Positions 19,573-30,511 of a stretch of 64,000 bases of DNA are shown here, piece by piece. This DNA is from an uncultured delta proteobacterium. GTDB taxonomy: Bacteria; Desulfobacterota; WTBG01; CAIYCZ01. The position numbers and the translations under genes are program-made. Positions within the stretch are counted from its first letter, which is position 1; every line of letters starts with the position of its first letter. The notes under the pieces were generated by a model. The model did not search any database and was not told the origin of the DNA. It was given only the letters and a program-made list of their open reading frames with translations. The stretch lies in the NCBI GenBank assembly GCA_963803975.1, contig CAWDOY010000009.1:1-64000 (forward strand). Reading direction: 5' to 3'.

Positions 19573-19781
19573 CACGTAAAGGTACTCTATGGTTCAGGGT
19601 TTATGCTAACAGAACTATAATCGAATATAGACCACTCAACCATAAGATTCAACCGGCTTTTGTACAGACAAATAATCTTTGACTACTGTACGACTTTTTT
19701 ATTATAGTACTACCAGGATGTTTTTGACCAGCCTGATAGTGTTGTAAAAAAAATCTGCCCGTCAAACAGCTAAATCACACC

Positions 19782-20282
19782 ATGAAAAATTGCCGGCAAA
19801 AAGGCTTTACCCTTATAGAAATTATCATCCTCGTTTTGATTATCGGGGTGCTGGGTGCCGTTGCAATTGCAAAATATGTTTCCCTGACCAGAGAGGCGGA
19901 ACAGGCAAATTTTAAGGCAGTGCTCGGCAACCTGCGGTCCGCTCTCACTATTTATGCAAGCGGGCGAATAGTCAGCAGTCAGCCGATAACTGCTCACAAT
20001 CCATTTGATGACCTGGGCAATACACCGTCAAACTATGCCGGAGCTTTTGGCGATGTTGACGTGGGCAACTGCAATCCGGGGCAATGGGCATACCAGGCAG
20101 GGGTCCCCGCGAATGGCAACTGGAAGGTTGTCGTGTACCGCCCCAAAGAGAGAATTTCTGCCGGATTCAGCTGGGCAGGTGAAAACTGGATTATACTCGT
20201 GGTCTCGGAAGTCCAGGACGCACAGGGCAGGGTTACTGGTCTGTCTTTAGGCAATCATTCATCCTATCCCTACCAGTGGTAA
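19782..20282 (+). CDS. Type IV pilin / pseudopilin-like protein
   Basis: Prepilin cleavage motif QKG|FTLIE followed by a hydrophobic helix. Confidence 0.88.
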   Translation: MKNCRQKGFTLIEIIILVLIIGVLGAVAIAKYVSLTREAEQANFKAVLGNLRSALTIYASGRIVSSQPITAHNPFDDLGNTPSNYAGAFGDVDVGNCNPGQWAYQAGVPANGNWKVVVYRPKERISAGFSWAGENWIILVVSEVQDAQGRVTGLSLGNHSSYPYQW

Positions 20283-20293
20283 ATAGTGAAACA

Positions 20294-22584
20294 ATGAAAA
20301 AATTCATTATTGTTCTTATCCTCTTCCTTTGTATGCTTTCCCCTGCTCTGCTCCCGCCCCCGGCAGAAGCTTCCCCGTATTACTGGTCACCATTTACTGA
20401 TAAGGATGGGCTCATATATAATTCTATAGTTTCTCTTACCATCGACCCCGGGGGCTACGTATGGATAGGGACCGGCGATGCTGCTGTACCTGAGAAAGGC
20501 GGCTTGTCGGTATTAGACCGGATGGGCCAGTTTGTTTCATATACAACAGCACAGGGCCTCGGCAGTAATTACATCCAGGGTATCGCTTTCGAAAAAGTTC
20601 CGGAAGCGCAGCTTGATGCCGCAGATCAGGGAGCAATCTGGATCGCGACCCGCAAGGGCGTGAGCGTCCTTACCCGCAGGGGCGAGTGGCTGCCGGTTCT
20701 GCCGGGCAACAGCACGCTGCCGGGCGATGATGTAACCGCGGTTTTTATTGACCGGGCAAACACCAAATGGATCGCCGTCAGGGGCGGCGGCGTGTGCGCC
20801 ATAGACAGCACCGCGGCCTGGGTGAACTATTCGGCAGCACAGGGATTATGCAGCAATACTATCCTCTGCATCACCCAGGACAGCAGCGGCAGCATCTGGC
20901 TCGGCTCCCAGGACAGCGGGGCAAGTTACCTTGACCCCAAGGGCGCCTGGGTAACATTTTCTTCTGAAAACTCCGGCCTTATCGGGAACTGCGTCAGACA
21001 GGTTGTGGAGGAAAAGCCGGGGACGCTGTGGTTTGTCACCGCAAGCGGCGTGAGTGTCTTTGATGGCCGGAACTGGATGTCATACACCGCAAAAAACAGC
21101 CCTGTCGCAGGTTTCATCCCTGCCAGCATGGCAATTGACCGGGCAGGAAACAAATGGATTGGCACTGAAAACGGCGGATTATTCAAGCTCGATGCCTTGA
21201 GCGGATGGACTCGCTTCACCAGGGAAAACAGCGGGCTTATTGATAATAAGATAACAGCCCTGGCCCTTGACCAGGGGGGAACACTCTGGATCGGAACGCC
21301 TTCCGGCCTGTGCAGCGCATCCGCTTTACCTGAGCGCTCACCGGCCATTACCGCAACCGGCAAATGCAGCAGCGCACGCCCCTTGGGCTGGGCAAGGGCC
21401 GCTACAGCCCGTTTCAGGATGCAATGGTCTGGTCTCTCCTGGAGCAGACCTCATCATTGGTCAGCCTTTCTTTTTACCTCCCGACGCTCTTTGACACGGG
21501 CAAGCTCTGGTTTTACGCTGCATTCTGGGCTGACGGGAATTTCAAGGTGCAGGATAGCCGCTACCATATTACCGGAACCCGGCAGGGAAGTCTCTCTGCA
21601 GCCCTACAGGGAACGTTCTCCCAGGCACAGATCCTCATAGCCGGGGCTACGCTGCTCAACACCGGGGACATAGCCATTGATAAAAACCGGGCCTATCCGT
21701 TTCCTCAGCAAGCCGCGGAGGACCTTGCCGTGTACCTGCAGCCCGGAAAGAATATCCCCTGTGATGACCCTGAGGTGAGAGCGCTTGCTGATTCCCTGGT
21801 CCCGGCGGAGTCCCGTACTGACATGTACCGCGCGGCACGCGCTATTGTCTATTCGCACGCTGTTCAGGATATCGCGCTCGACACCACGCGGGATACTGCC
21901 TCCGGCGTAGAAACCCTGCAGGTGCTGAAAGAGAAAAAAGGCGGGCGTCAGGAAAAAGCGCGGCTGCTCTGTGCTCTGGCACGTGCTGCGGGAATCCCGG
22001 CACGGATCGCTCTGGGCAGCGGGGCAGCGGTGTGGGCGCAGCTCTTCATAGAAGGGGCCGGCTGGATGCCGGTTGAGCCCTCATACCCCCTATATGATTA
22101 TGTGCGGCCTTCCCGCACCTTTATGCCCAAGTCTTTTTCTTCTGCGGACGCTGCCGCCCTGGCCATTTCAGGAGCTGATGATGATGTGCAGCGCTTCTCC
22201 TGGGAGCCGCAGGTCAGGGCTTCCTGCAAAAATGCTGCGCCGGAGCAGCTGCCACCCCTTGCCAGTGCGAACCTGCTCTTACTTAAAATTAACGGGGAAG
22301 ACCGGGTGCCGGATGATGCTAAGGTAAACCTGGGGAAAAATATATTTGTGCTGGCCGCTGAGGAGCAGGGAGAAACCTTGCTTCTTTTTCATGACCGGGC
22401 AGGAAGGACGATAAAATCAGTTCCCCTCTCTTTTAATGGCCTGGCCTGCACCGTAAATATCGCCGGCCAGCTCCCGTGGCGGTTTATTCCCCGGCGCATC
22501 GGCCGGATTCTGGCCCTTGAGAATCTTGAGTACCAGGCAGATAGTTCCGCGCCATCCCCGTCCCCGCTGCCAGCCCAACCATAA
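20294..22584 (+). CDS. Secreted beta-propeller (Reg_prop repeats) fused to a transglutaminase-like domain (frame change near 21360)
   Basis: Signal peptide; repeated I..D..G..WIGT..G blades; ARLLCALARAAGIPAR...W.Q.FIEGAGWMPVEP. Confidence 0.8.
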
Positions 22585-22591
22585 TCAAAGC

Positions 22592-22698
22592 AGGGTTCAG
22601 GAGGATAGGTGAAGAGGTTAAAGAGGTCAAGAGGTGAAAAGGGTGAAACACCGTTACTTGGGTGCCTCTTAGCCTTTTTACCTTTTAGCCTGTTTCCC
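22592..22698. repeat. Imperfect hairpin of short AAGAGGT-type units between convergent genes
   Basis: GAAGAGGTTAAAGAGGTCAAGAGGTGAAAAGGGTGAAA followed by GCCTCTTAGCCTTTTTACCTTTTAGCCTGTTT. Confidence 0.6.
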
Positions 22699-24219
22699 TT
22701 ACCCTTCCCTATTTACAAACTCCACCGCAACCTGATCCGCAACGCTGCCGGTATCAACCGTTATTATAATTGTTATATCAAACTCTTTTTCCAGTTCGCA
22801 CAGAGCAGCGCGTTTCTGGTTCAGCAGATACTGCGCTATCTGCGGCGCCAGGGTTGCATGCACCAGCGCCAGCTTGCCGGCGCTGGCCTGGGTGTGAATA
22901 TTTCTCAGAATGCTCAGTGACAGCAGTTCCGTGGATTTGACCTTGCCCCTGCCTCCGCAGACGGTGCATGGCGTATAGCTCAGATCAGAAAGCGAAGGCC
23001 GGATCTGCTCTCGGGTCATCTCCAGCAGCCCGAATTTTGATATTGAGGACAGTTCAATGTTTGCCTTATCAACCTTAAACGCATTCCTGAGATGGCGTTC
23101 AACCTGCTGCCGGTTCCTGGTGCTCTTCATGTCAATGAAGTCAATCACAATCAGCCCCCCCAGGTCACGAAGACGCAGTTGCCGGGCAATCTCATCCGCT
23201 GCTTCCATGTTGGTGATCAGGGCGGTCTCTTCAGGGTCCTTGATTTTGGTGAACCGTGCTGAGTTGACATCAATGGCAACCAGGGCTTCCGTTGGATCAA
23301 TAGAGATACTGGCGCCGGATTTTAAGGAAATTTTTCTCTCATGAATTGACGCTATCTGCTCTTCCAGCTGGTAGCGTGAAAACAGCGGCTCCCGCTCTTC
23401 ATAGTGCTTGACCTGCCGGTAGTTCTTGGGAATGACCTGCCGAAAAAAATCTCTGACCTTTTTGTACATCTCTTGATTATCCACGATGACTTCTCCGATA
23501 TCTGAGGTATAGTAGTCACGGATGGCCTGGATAACGGTGCTGCTCTCCTGATAAATAAGAGCGGGGGCCGGGGAGGCTTTGCTTTTTTCCTGGATGGCCT
23601 TCCACAGGCGCAGCAAATAGGCCGCGTCCCGCTGCAGGTCTTTTTTATTTTTGCTGAGCCCTGCGGTTCTGACGATAACGCCCATGCCGTCGGGCAGATG
23701 CAGCTGGTGTGCGATCTCTTTCAGTTTTTTGCGCTCCGCATCATCCTCTATCTTACGGGAGATGCCGCTCCGGTTAGACCCCGGCGTAAGCACCAGATAC
23801 CTGCCCGGCAAAGACAGGTAGGTGGTGAGTGATGCTCCCTTGGTATCCTTTTCCTCTTTTACCACCTGCACCAGCACTTCCTGGCCATTGTGCAGCATTC
23901 TGCCGGGGGAGATGGAAGTTTTGGACGGAGAATCGATGCTGTAATAATCCGGATGAACCTCATCCAGCGGCAGAAACCCGTGCCGACTGCTGCCGTAATC
24001 CACAAACGCGGCGCGGAAACTTTGCACAATCTTTTGCACCGTTCCTTTATAGATATTGCCCCGCTGTTTCTCGCGGCTGCTGATTTCAATTGCCAGGTCC
24101 GAAAGGATGCCGTCTTCAATGATGGCAATGCGGCTCTCCTCCGGATGGGAAACATTGATGAGCAGTTTTCTTTTGCTGACGGATTTGTCACGGCTGTGCG
24201 TGAAGGAACTGAAGAGCAT
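22699..24219 (-). CDS. Ribonuclease E/G family protein
   Basis: GNIYKG, AFVDYG..RHGFL, DPTEALVAIDVNS, LRLRDLGGLIVIDFIDM and CTVCGGRG Zn link. Confidence 0.95.
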   Translation of the reverse strand: MLFSSFTHSRDKSVSKRKLLINVSHPEESRIAIIEDGILSDLAIEISSREKQRGNIYKGTVQKIVQSFRAAFVDYGSSRHGFLPLDEVHPDYYSIDSPSKTSISPGRMLHNGQEVLVQVVKEEKDTKGASLTTYLSLPGRYLVLTPGSNRSGISRKIEDDAERKKLKEIAHQLHLPDGMGVIVRTAGLSKNKKDLQRDAAYLLRLWKAIQEKSKASPAPALIYQESSTVIQAIRDYYTSDIGEVIVDNQEMYKKVRDFFRQVIPKNYRQVKHYEEREPLFSRYQLEEQIASIHERKISLKSGASISIDPTEALVAIDVNSARFTKIKDPEETALITNMEAADEIARQLRLRDLGGLIVIDFIDMKSTRNRQQVERHLRNAFKVDKANIELSSISKFGLLEMTREQIRPSLSDLSYTPCTVCGGRGKVKSTELLSLSILRNIHTQASAGKLALVHATLAPQIAQYLLNQKRAALCELEKEFDITIIITVDTGSVADQVAVEFVNREG

Positions 24220-24316
24220 GTGCTAACCTTTCATAGTAGGGGTCGTATCAATAATTCGGGTTCCGCCGATAACCGTACCGCACGGCAACCATACACCGCC
24301 GGGTTCAGGCCCTGCC

Positions 24317-24592
24317 TTAGTCACCATACCGTGCATGTGTCTCGTCATGTTTTCGCAGGCGGAGCAAAACATTCTTGAGCAATGCGCCATCACGCACGTT
24401 AACTTCAGGCGGATTTATAATCTTTAAGTAGTGCCATTTTATGAATGTTGCTTCAGCATAGGCTTCGGGAAACGGTCCCATGGTCTTGGTAAACGCCGGG
24501 CCTTTGGCAAAAAGAACCTCAGGCTCGCTGCCGTCTACTGCTATGGCCACATAGGATTCCTCGATGTTTTCTTCAAATAATACCGCAACCAT
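24317..24592 (-). CDS. Small hypothetical protein
   Basis: Open frame of about 91 aa between rne/rng and the AMMECR1 gene on the same strand; no motif recognised. Confidence 0.45.
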   Translation of the reverse strand: MVAVLFEENIEESYVAIAVDGSEPEVLFAKGPAFTKTMGPFPEAYAEATFIKWHYLKIINPPEVNVRDGALLKNVLLRLRKHDETHARYGD

Positions 24593-24795
24593 GCGAGGCA
24601 TACGCAGTATTCCCGATAATAAAATGCACAAGGATCCTATAGCTATTGCAGATAGAGCCCGGCATCATTGGCCTGTATCTCCGCACTTATTTTTGCAGCA
24701 GCAGGAGCGGTGAAGGCAAGGCAGAGCAGTGTCGCAATAAAGATACCCGACGCATACGCAGTAATGAAGCGTCGCATACGTTTCTCCTCCTTGCA

Positions 24796-25428
24796 TTACC
24801 TCGCTTGTTCTTTAAATACCTGGGCGGTAAAAACATAGAGCTCCGCCCCCTCTTTCCACGCCCCGTCAGGAAGACCCGCCTTCTGGCAGACGGCGTTAAG
24901 AAAATCAGCCCTGTTCCAGCCCCATTCAAGAGGCACCTGAGGAAGGAGCACCCCCCGGTGCATGCCCTTGGAAATAATAAGGCCATGTTTTCCTATTTCA
25001 ATTGCCTTGATGGTAGCAATCTTTTGGGGGGGTGTCAACACTGAGATTTCTATGTTCACTGCTTGCTCTTCCCCTGACTGTAGGGAAGCAAACCGCTGGT
25101 CGCGGGTAGCTGCTTCCACCGTGCAGTCCCGTACTGCTTCACGCAGGGCCTTTGCCCCGTAGATATACCCGATGCAGCCGCGCAGCTCGCCATTGTTTTT
25201 ATTCTTCAGGGTAACGAAAACACCGCACTCTTTTTGCAGGCTGGCAGTTGCGGGGTACGCTGACAGCGCCGGCACCTGCTGCTTGTTAAGATACAGCCGC
25301 AGGGTATCGCGCGCTATCGTCATGAGCACCTGCTGCTCGTTGTTATTGAGGAACTCGGCGGCCAGGGAAAGCGGGCACGAAGAAAACAGTACCAGCACAG
25401 AGAGGATTGCGGTGAGGATCGGGGACAT
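24796..25428 (-). CDS. AmmeMemoRadiSam system protein A (AMMECR1 domain) with signal-peptide-like N-terminus
   Basis: GVFVTL, LRGCIG, DQRF, IEISVLT, GKHGL, LLPQV and KAGL; CAGGAG RBS. Confidence 0.9.
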   Translation of the reverse strand: MSPILTAILSVLVLFSSCPLSLAAEFLNNNEQQVLMTIARDTLRLYLNKQQVPALSAYPATASLQKECGVFVTLKNKNNGELRGCIGYIYGAKALREAVRDCTVEAATRDQRFASLQSGEEQAVNIEISVLTPPQKIATIKAIEIGKHGLIISKGMHRGVLLPQVPLEWGWNRADFLNAVCQKAGLPDGAWKEGAELYVFTAQVFKEQAR

Positions 25429-25618
25429 GTGCAGCTCCTGCATCCATTCATGGTTTTTAATAATTTTTATTCTAAGATTTTTATTTGTTCAAAGCAAAGA
25501 AAAATTTGAAAATAATGGAAAAATAAACTATAATCCGTTCCCAACATCAATGAAACGCGCCATCGGGGATGCAGAATTTTTATATCACAAAAAAATTTCA
25601 GCCATCACAAGGCGACGC

Positions 25619-28600
25619 ATGGTGACAGCCTCTGGAAAAAACAGTTTCAAGCTCCCCCAATTTCTTGCCGTTATTTTCATTCTGTTGTTTATTGCCATCT
25701 CCCTCACCGGATATCTCTACTATCGCAGTCAGAAGACCATCATAATAGCAGATAAGAACCGGGAGCTGTTAACGCTTGCGGCCCTGAAAAAATCGGAAAT
25801 CGCAACCTGGCGGCAAGAGCGCATAGAGGATGGGGAGGCTATTTTTGAAAATATCTACTTCCCCTATCGTATCCAGGAATGGCTGAACAATGAATCGCTG
25901 CCAGGGCACCGGGGAGAAATTCTCTCGTGGATGGCAGGCCATCGCAGCCGCCCGGATTATACGGATGCTCTTCTGCTTGATGCGCAGGGCACGGTCAGGC
26001 TTTCAACCGCTGCCCGGAGCGAACCGATTGACGGGCAATTACATAAAAGTGCCGTTGCCTTACTGAGCGCCCGTAAGCCTGTGCTTTCAGACCTGTTTAT
26101 GTCAGATAGCGCCGGCCATATTTATATTAATCTCGTGATCCCGATTATAGCTCCCGACGCCGGCGATTCCCCTGCCGTTGGCGTTCTGGTGTTCCGCATT
26201 GACCCCCATAAAACCCTCTATCCCCTTATCCAGAACTTGCCCATACGCAGTGCTACCGGAGAAACGCTCCTGATCAGACGCGAAGGCAACAGGGTGCGGT
26301 ATTTAAACGAGCTGCGGCACAGAAAAAACACTGCCCTGACCCTGGAGCTTCCGCTCACCGACCAGCACTTGCCGGCAGCTCGTGCCGCACAGGGGCAGGA
26401 AGGCTCGTTTGAAGGCATCGACTATCGGGGGATGGCGGTTCTTGCCGCAGTTACGGCGATACCGGATTCCCCCTGGTTTCTGGTAGCAAAAATAGATGAA
26501 GACGAAGTGCTCGGCCCGTTCCGGAAAGAGGTCTGGTTTATCACCCTGCTGGTGCTGGCACTTATCTCTGTGGCGGGTGTCAGCATTATGCTTTTCTGGC
26601 GGCAGCAGCAATCAGAGGCTGAGCGCCGGCAGTATGCGCTTGAGCTTGAGCGCCGGAGTATCTCGCAGCAGTATGAATATCTGAAGAAATATGCAAACGA
26701 CATTATCCTTCTGTTTGACGAGCAGGGAACTATCCTTGAGGCCAATGACCGCGCCCTGTCTGCATATGGATACAGCCGCGAAGAATTGCTGCAGACTCCC
26801 TGTCAGCACAGCTGCGAGCGCCTGCATCCCGTTCATCTTTGGAGGCAGATATCCGGAAAATAGCTGAACAGGGCGGACTGGTGTTTGAAACCCTCCATCA
26901 GCGGAAAGATGGAACAACCTTTCCTGCGGAAATCAGTGCCCGGGTAGTCGCGGTTGAGGGAAAAACGCTTTATCAGAGCATCATACGTGATATTACCGAC
27001 CGGAAACAGGCTGAACAGGCATTGCGGGAAAGCCAGGAACAGTTCCGCGCGGTTATGGAAAAGGCAAATGATGCGGTATTCTTTGTTGACACTACCGGGA
27101 ACATTCGCTTCTGGAACCGCAAGGCAGAGGACCTATACGGCTACCGGGAGGATGAAGTGCTGGGGCAGCCGTTCAGCACAATCGTGCCAAAACAATTTCA
27201 GGAAGCGCATCGCCAGTGGCTGGAGAAATTCCTGGCAGCTGATGAGGAAACCGCCCCGCGCGCTGCGGTCGAGGGGCTGGGTGAGCGCAAGGATGGCAGC
27301 GTATTCTATGTCGAGACCTCCACCGGCATTTTAAAGCGGGGGCATGAGAAGTTTTTAATCGCTATTGTCCGGGACATCTCCCAGCGCAAAAAAACTGAAG
27401 AAGAGATAAAAAGAAAAGACAACCTGCTCACCGGCGTTGCCCAGGCTACCGGACCCCTCCTCTCGCAGGGCGATTTAAAGAGTGCCGTCACAATGGCATT
27501 GTCAGCACATCGGCCGCGCTGCGGAGGTGGATCGCGTGTATGTTTTTAAAAATCATGCTGATCCGCAGACTGGTGAGCACCTCATGAGTCAGATCTACGA
27601 GTGGGCGCATGAAAGCGTAACAGCGCAGATCGATAATCCCGAGCTGCAAAGCCTTTCCTATGCGCATTTCTCCGGCTGGCACGAAACCATGGCGCACGGC
27701 ACACCAATTAAAGGCCTGACCCGGAATTTTCCTGCTCCTATCCGGGCAATTCTTGATCCTGAAGCTATTCTCTCTATCCTGCTGGTGCCTATTATCATCG
27801 CCGACACCTTCTGGGGGTTCATCGGTTTTGATGACTGCAAAAAAGAGCGCGCCTGGTCGGACAGCGAAATATCCATTCTCTTGACGCTTGCAGGCAGTAT
27901 CGGCAGCGCCATGCAGCGCCATCAGGCGGAACAGGAGCTTATCAGTACCCGGGATTTCCTGGAGAATATTTTCAGCACCACTGCTGACGGAATCATGGTG
28001 AGCGATGCCCGCGGCTATTTAGCTGCGTGTCAACACTGCAATGGAGAAGATGCTAGGATTTTCCCGGATGAGCTCACCGGAAAACACACTGCAGAATTAG
28101 GCCCCCAGGATGAGCACCACTATGAAATAGGCATGCACATGCTGACTGATTTCCGCGAAAAGGGTTTTATAAATAACTTTGAAGCCGAATGGTTGAGAAA
28201 AGACGGCACGCTGCTGCCCTATTGAGCTCAATATCAGCCGCTTGCAGGATAGGGCACGGCAGCAACGCTGGGGGCAGTGTCGGTCATACGCGACATCACG
28301 CGAGCGCAAACAAATAGAAAAAGAGCTCCTGAGCACCAGGGATTTTCTGGAGAATATATTCAATTCCAGCGTGGACGGTATTATAATCAGTGATTACCGG
28401 GGATATATTACAAGGGCCAATGCAGCCGTTGAAAAAATGCTTGGTTTTGTTCAGGATGAGCTTATCGGCAAACATACTGGAGAGTTGTTACTCCAGGATG
28501 AAAAACATATCGAGATGGGCAGCAACATGATGAATCTTTTGTTTGAGAAGGGTTTCGTCAACAACATAGAGAATGAGTGGCTGCGCAAAGACGGCACCGC

Positions 28601-29873
28601 CGTGCCGCTTGATATCAATATAACCTTGTTGAAAGACGGCGAGGGCGTTCCAATTGGAGCAGCCGCTTTCGTTCGTGAAATCACTGAGCGTAAAAACGCG
28701 GAGGAGGAGAAAGCACGGCTGCAGACACAGCTCTATCTATCACAAAAACTGGAGGCGGTGGGCCATCTGGCAGGGGGCATTGCCCATGACTTCAATAACA
28801 TCCTCACGGCAATTATGGGCTATGGGAGCCTGCTGCAGACAAAACTGAAGGAGGATGACCCGCTGCGAAATCATGTCGACCAGATCCTGACGTCAGCCGA
28901 GCGGGCCGCAGCGCTGGTGCGCAGCCTGCTTGCCTACAGCAGGAAACAGATCATCAACCCGCGGCCGGTTAAGATTAATGAAATCGTCATCAATGTGGAA
29001 AATATGCTGCACCGCATCATCGGCGAGGATATTAATCTGCAAACCGTGCTCTCAGAGCAGGATACCACGGTGGTGGCAGATGCCGGCCAGATTGAACAGA
29101 TTCTTACCAACCTTGCCACCAACGCGCGCGACGCAATGCCAGCGGGCGGCGCTTTGACTATTGAAGCCGGCGTAACCGAAATGGATGAGCAGTTCATAAA
29201 GGCCTACGGCTATGGAACGCAGGGCATATATGTTCTGCTCACGGTGAGCGATAGCGGCAGCGGCATGGATGAAAAGACCCGGAGCCAGATATTTGAACCG
29301 TTCTTTACTACCAAAGAGGTGGGTAAAGGAACGGGCCTCGGGCTTTCAACCGTGTACGGCATTGTCAAGCAGCACAACGGCTTTATTAACTGCTACAGTG
29401 ATCCAGGCGCGGGAACAACCTTTAAAATATATCTGCCCCTGGTCAAAACAGCAGACCCTGCTGTTCAGCCATCAGCAATTTCCACCCCGCCGGTCCTCAA
29501 GGGCGGCAGCGAAACAATACTGCTGGCAGAAGATGATGATGACCTGAGAAAGCTCATCAAACAGGTTCTTGAGGACTTTGGCTATACGGTGCTTGCGGCA
29601 GCGGATGGTGACGAAGCGGTGGGACTGTTCAGGGAGCACCACGACGCCATCAATCTGCTGCTCCTTGATGTCATAATGCCGAAAAAGAACGGCCGGGAAG
29701 CGTATGCTGCGATGCAGAAAATAGAGCCAGCGGTTAAAGCCCTCTTCACCAGCGGCTACACCGCGGACATAATTCATAAACAGGAACTTCTGGAAAAGGG
29801 GCTTGAATTTATTTTGAAGCCCGTCTCACCTACCGAGCTGCTGAAAAAAGTGAGGGAGGTGCTTGATAAGTAG
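25619..29873 (+). CDS. Membrane hybrid sensor kinase: Cache - PAS - PAS - GAF - PAS - PAS - HisKA - HATPase - REC (several frame changes)
   Basis: Consecutive ORFs 25172, 26839, 27482 and 28242 give two TMs, PAS ends (RDITDRK), a GAF (WGFIGFDDC), LAGGIAHDFNN, FFTTKEVGKGTGLGL and a receiver (LLDVIMP). Confidence 0.88.
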
Positions 29874-29950
29874 GAATTGGGGGTTCGGGATTCAGCGATT
29901 AGTGATAAAAATTTCCCTAATCACGAATCCCCAGCCCCAATCCCCAATTT
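29872..29950. repeat. Imperfect hairpin of heptamer-like units between convergent genes
   Basis: AATTGGGGGTTCGGGATTCAGCGATTAG ... CTAATCACGAATCCCCAGCCCCAATCCCCAATT. Confidence 0.65.
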
Positions 29951-30183
29951 CACTCTGCAACAATATTGGTTATGGTCCTCACCACTCCCGGTATTGCCTG
30001 AATGCTCGATATGATCCGGCCCCAGAGAACCTGTATATCCTGGGCACTGGCAAACACGATAATATCATAGGGACCGGTGACAATGTGGGAGGAAGCAACC
30101 CCGTCGACCTGCGCGATTGCGTTAGAAACCTCCCGTGATTTCCCCTGGGTAACCTCGACAAAAATATAGGCACTTGTATCCAT
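29950..30183 (-). CDS. Stand-alone Lrp/AsnC ligand-binding domain protein
   Basis: AGGAGG RBS; AYIFV...VTGPYDII...IQAIPGVVRTIT. Confidence 0.88.
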   Translation of the reverse strand: MDTSAYIFVEVTQGKSREVSNAIAQVDGVASSHIVTGPYDIIVFASAQDIQVLWGRIISSIQAIPGVVRTITNIVAE

Positions 30184-30511
30184 ACGCAACACCTCCTTCT
30201 TGTTTTTCCTGCTATTTATTTCTCTCTATTTTAAAAGAAAACCAGAAATCCTGCAATGCCTGAAATTTTATTTTTTCAGCTGCGTTCATGTTTTACTGGT
30301 TATACCTACATATTGTTTATCTAAAATAAAGACATACTATATATTGTTTTTTCTTGACAGAAAGGTTTGTTTTTTTGTATATATGGATGCAATCGAATTT
30401 TATCGCATATTAATATTTCAATGCGCACGATTAAGTATCAGATAAATAGCCCGCTATTTTTAATCGCAGCATACGGTTACTGTTCATAAATTCACCCTAA
30501 AAAGAGGGGCG

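Noticed and set aside
25172..25618. N-terminal extension of the hybrid kinase
   Set aside because: It overlaps the AMMECR1 gene on the other strand; the plausible start is ATG 25619, just before TM1.
27930..28700. Diversity-generating retroelement TR/VR pair
   Set aside because: Differences are not adenine-specific, both copies are coding PAS domains, and there is no reverse transcriptase in the window.
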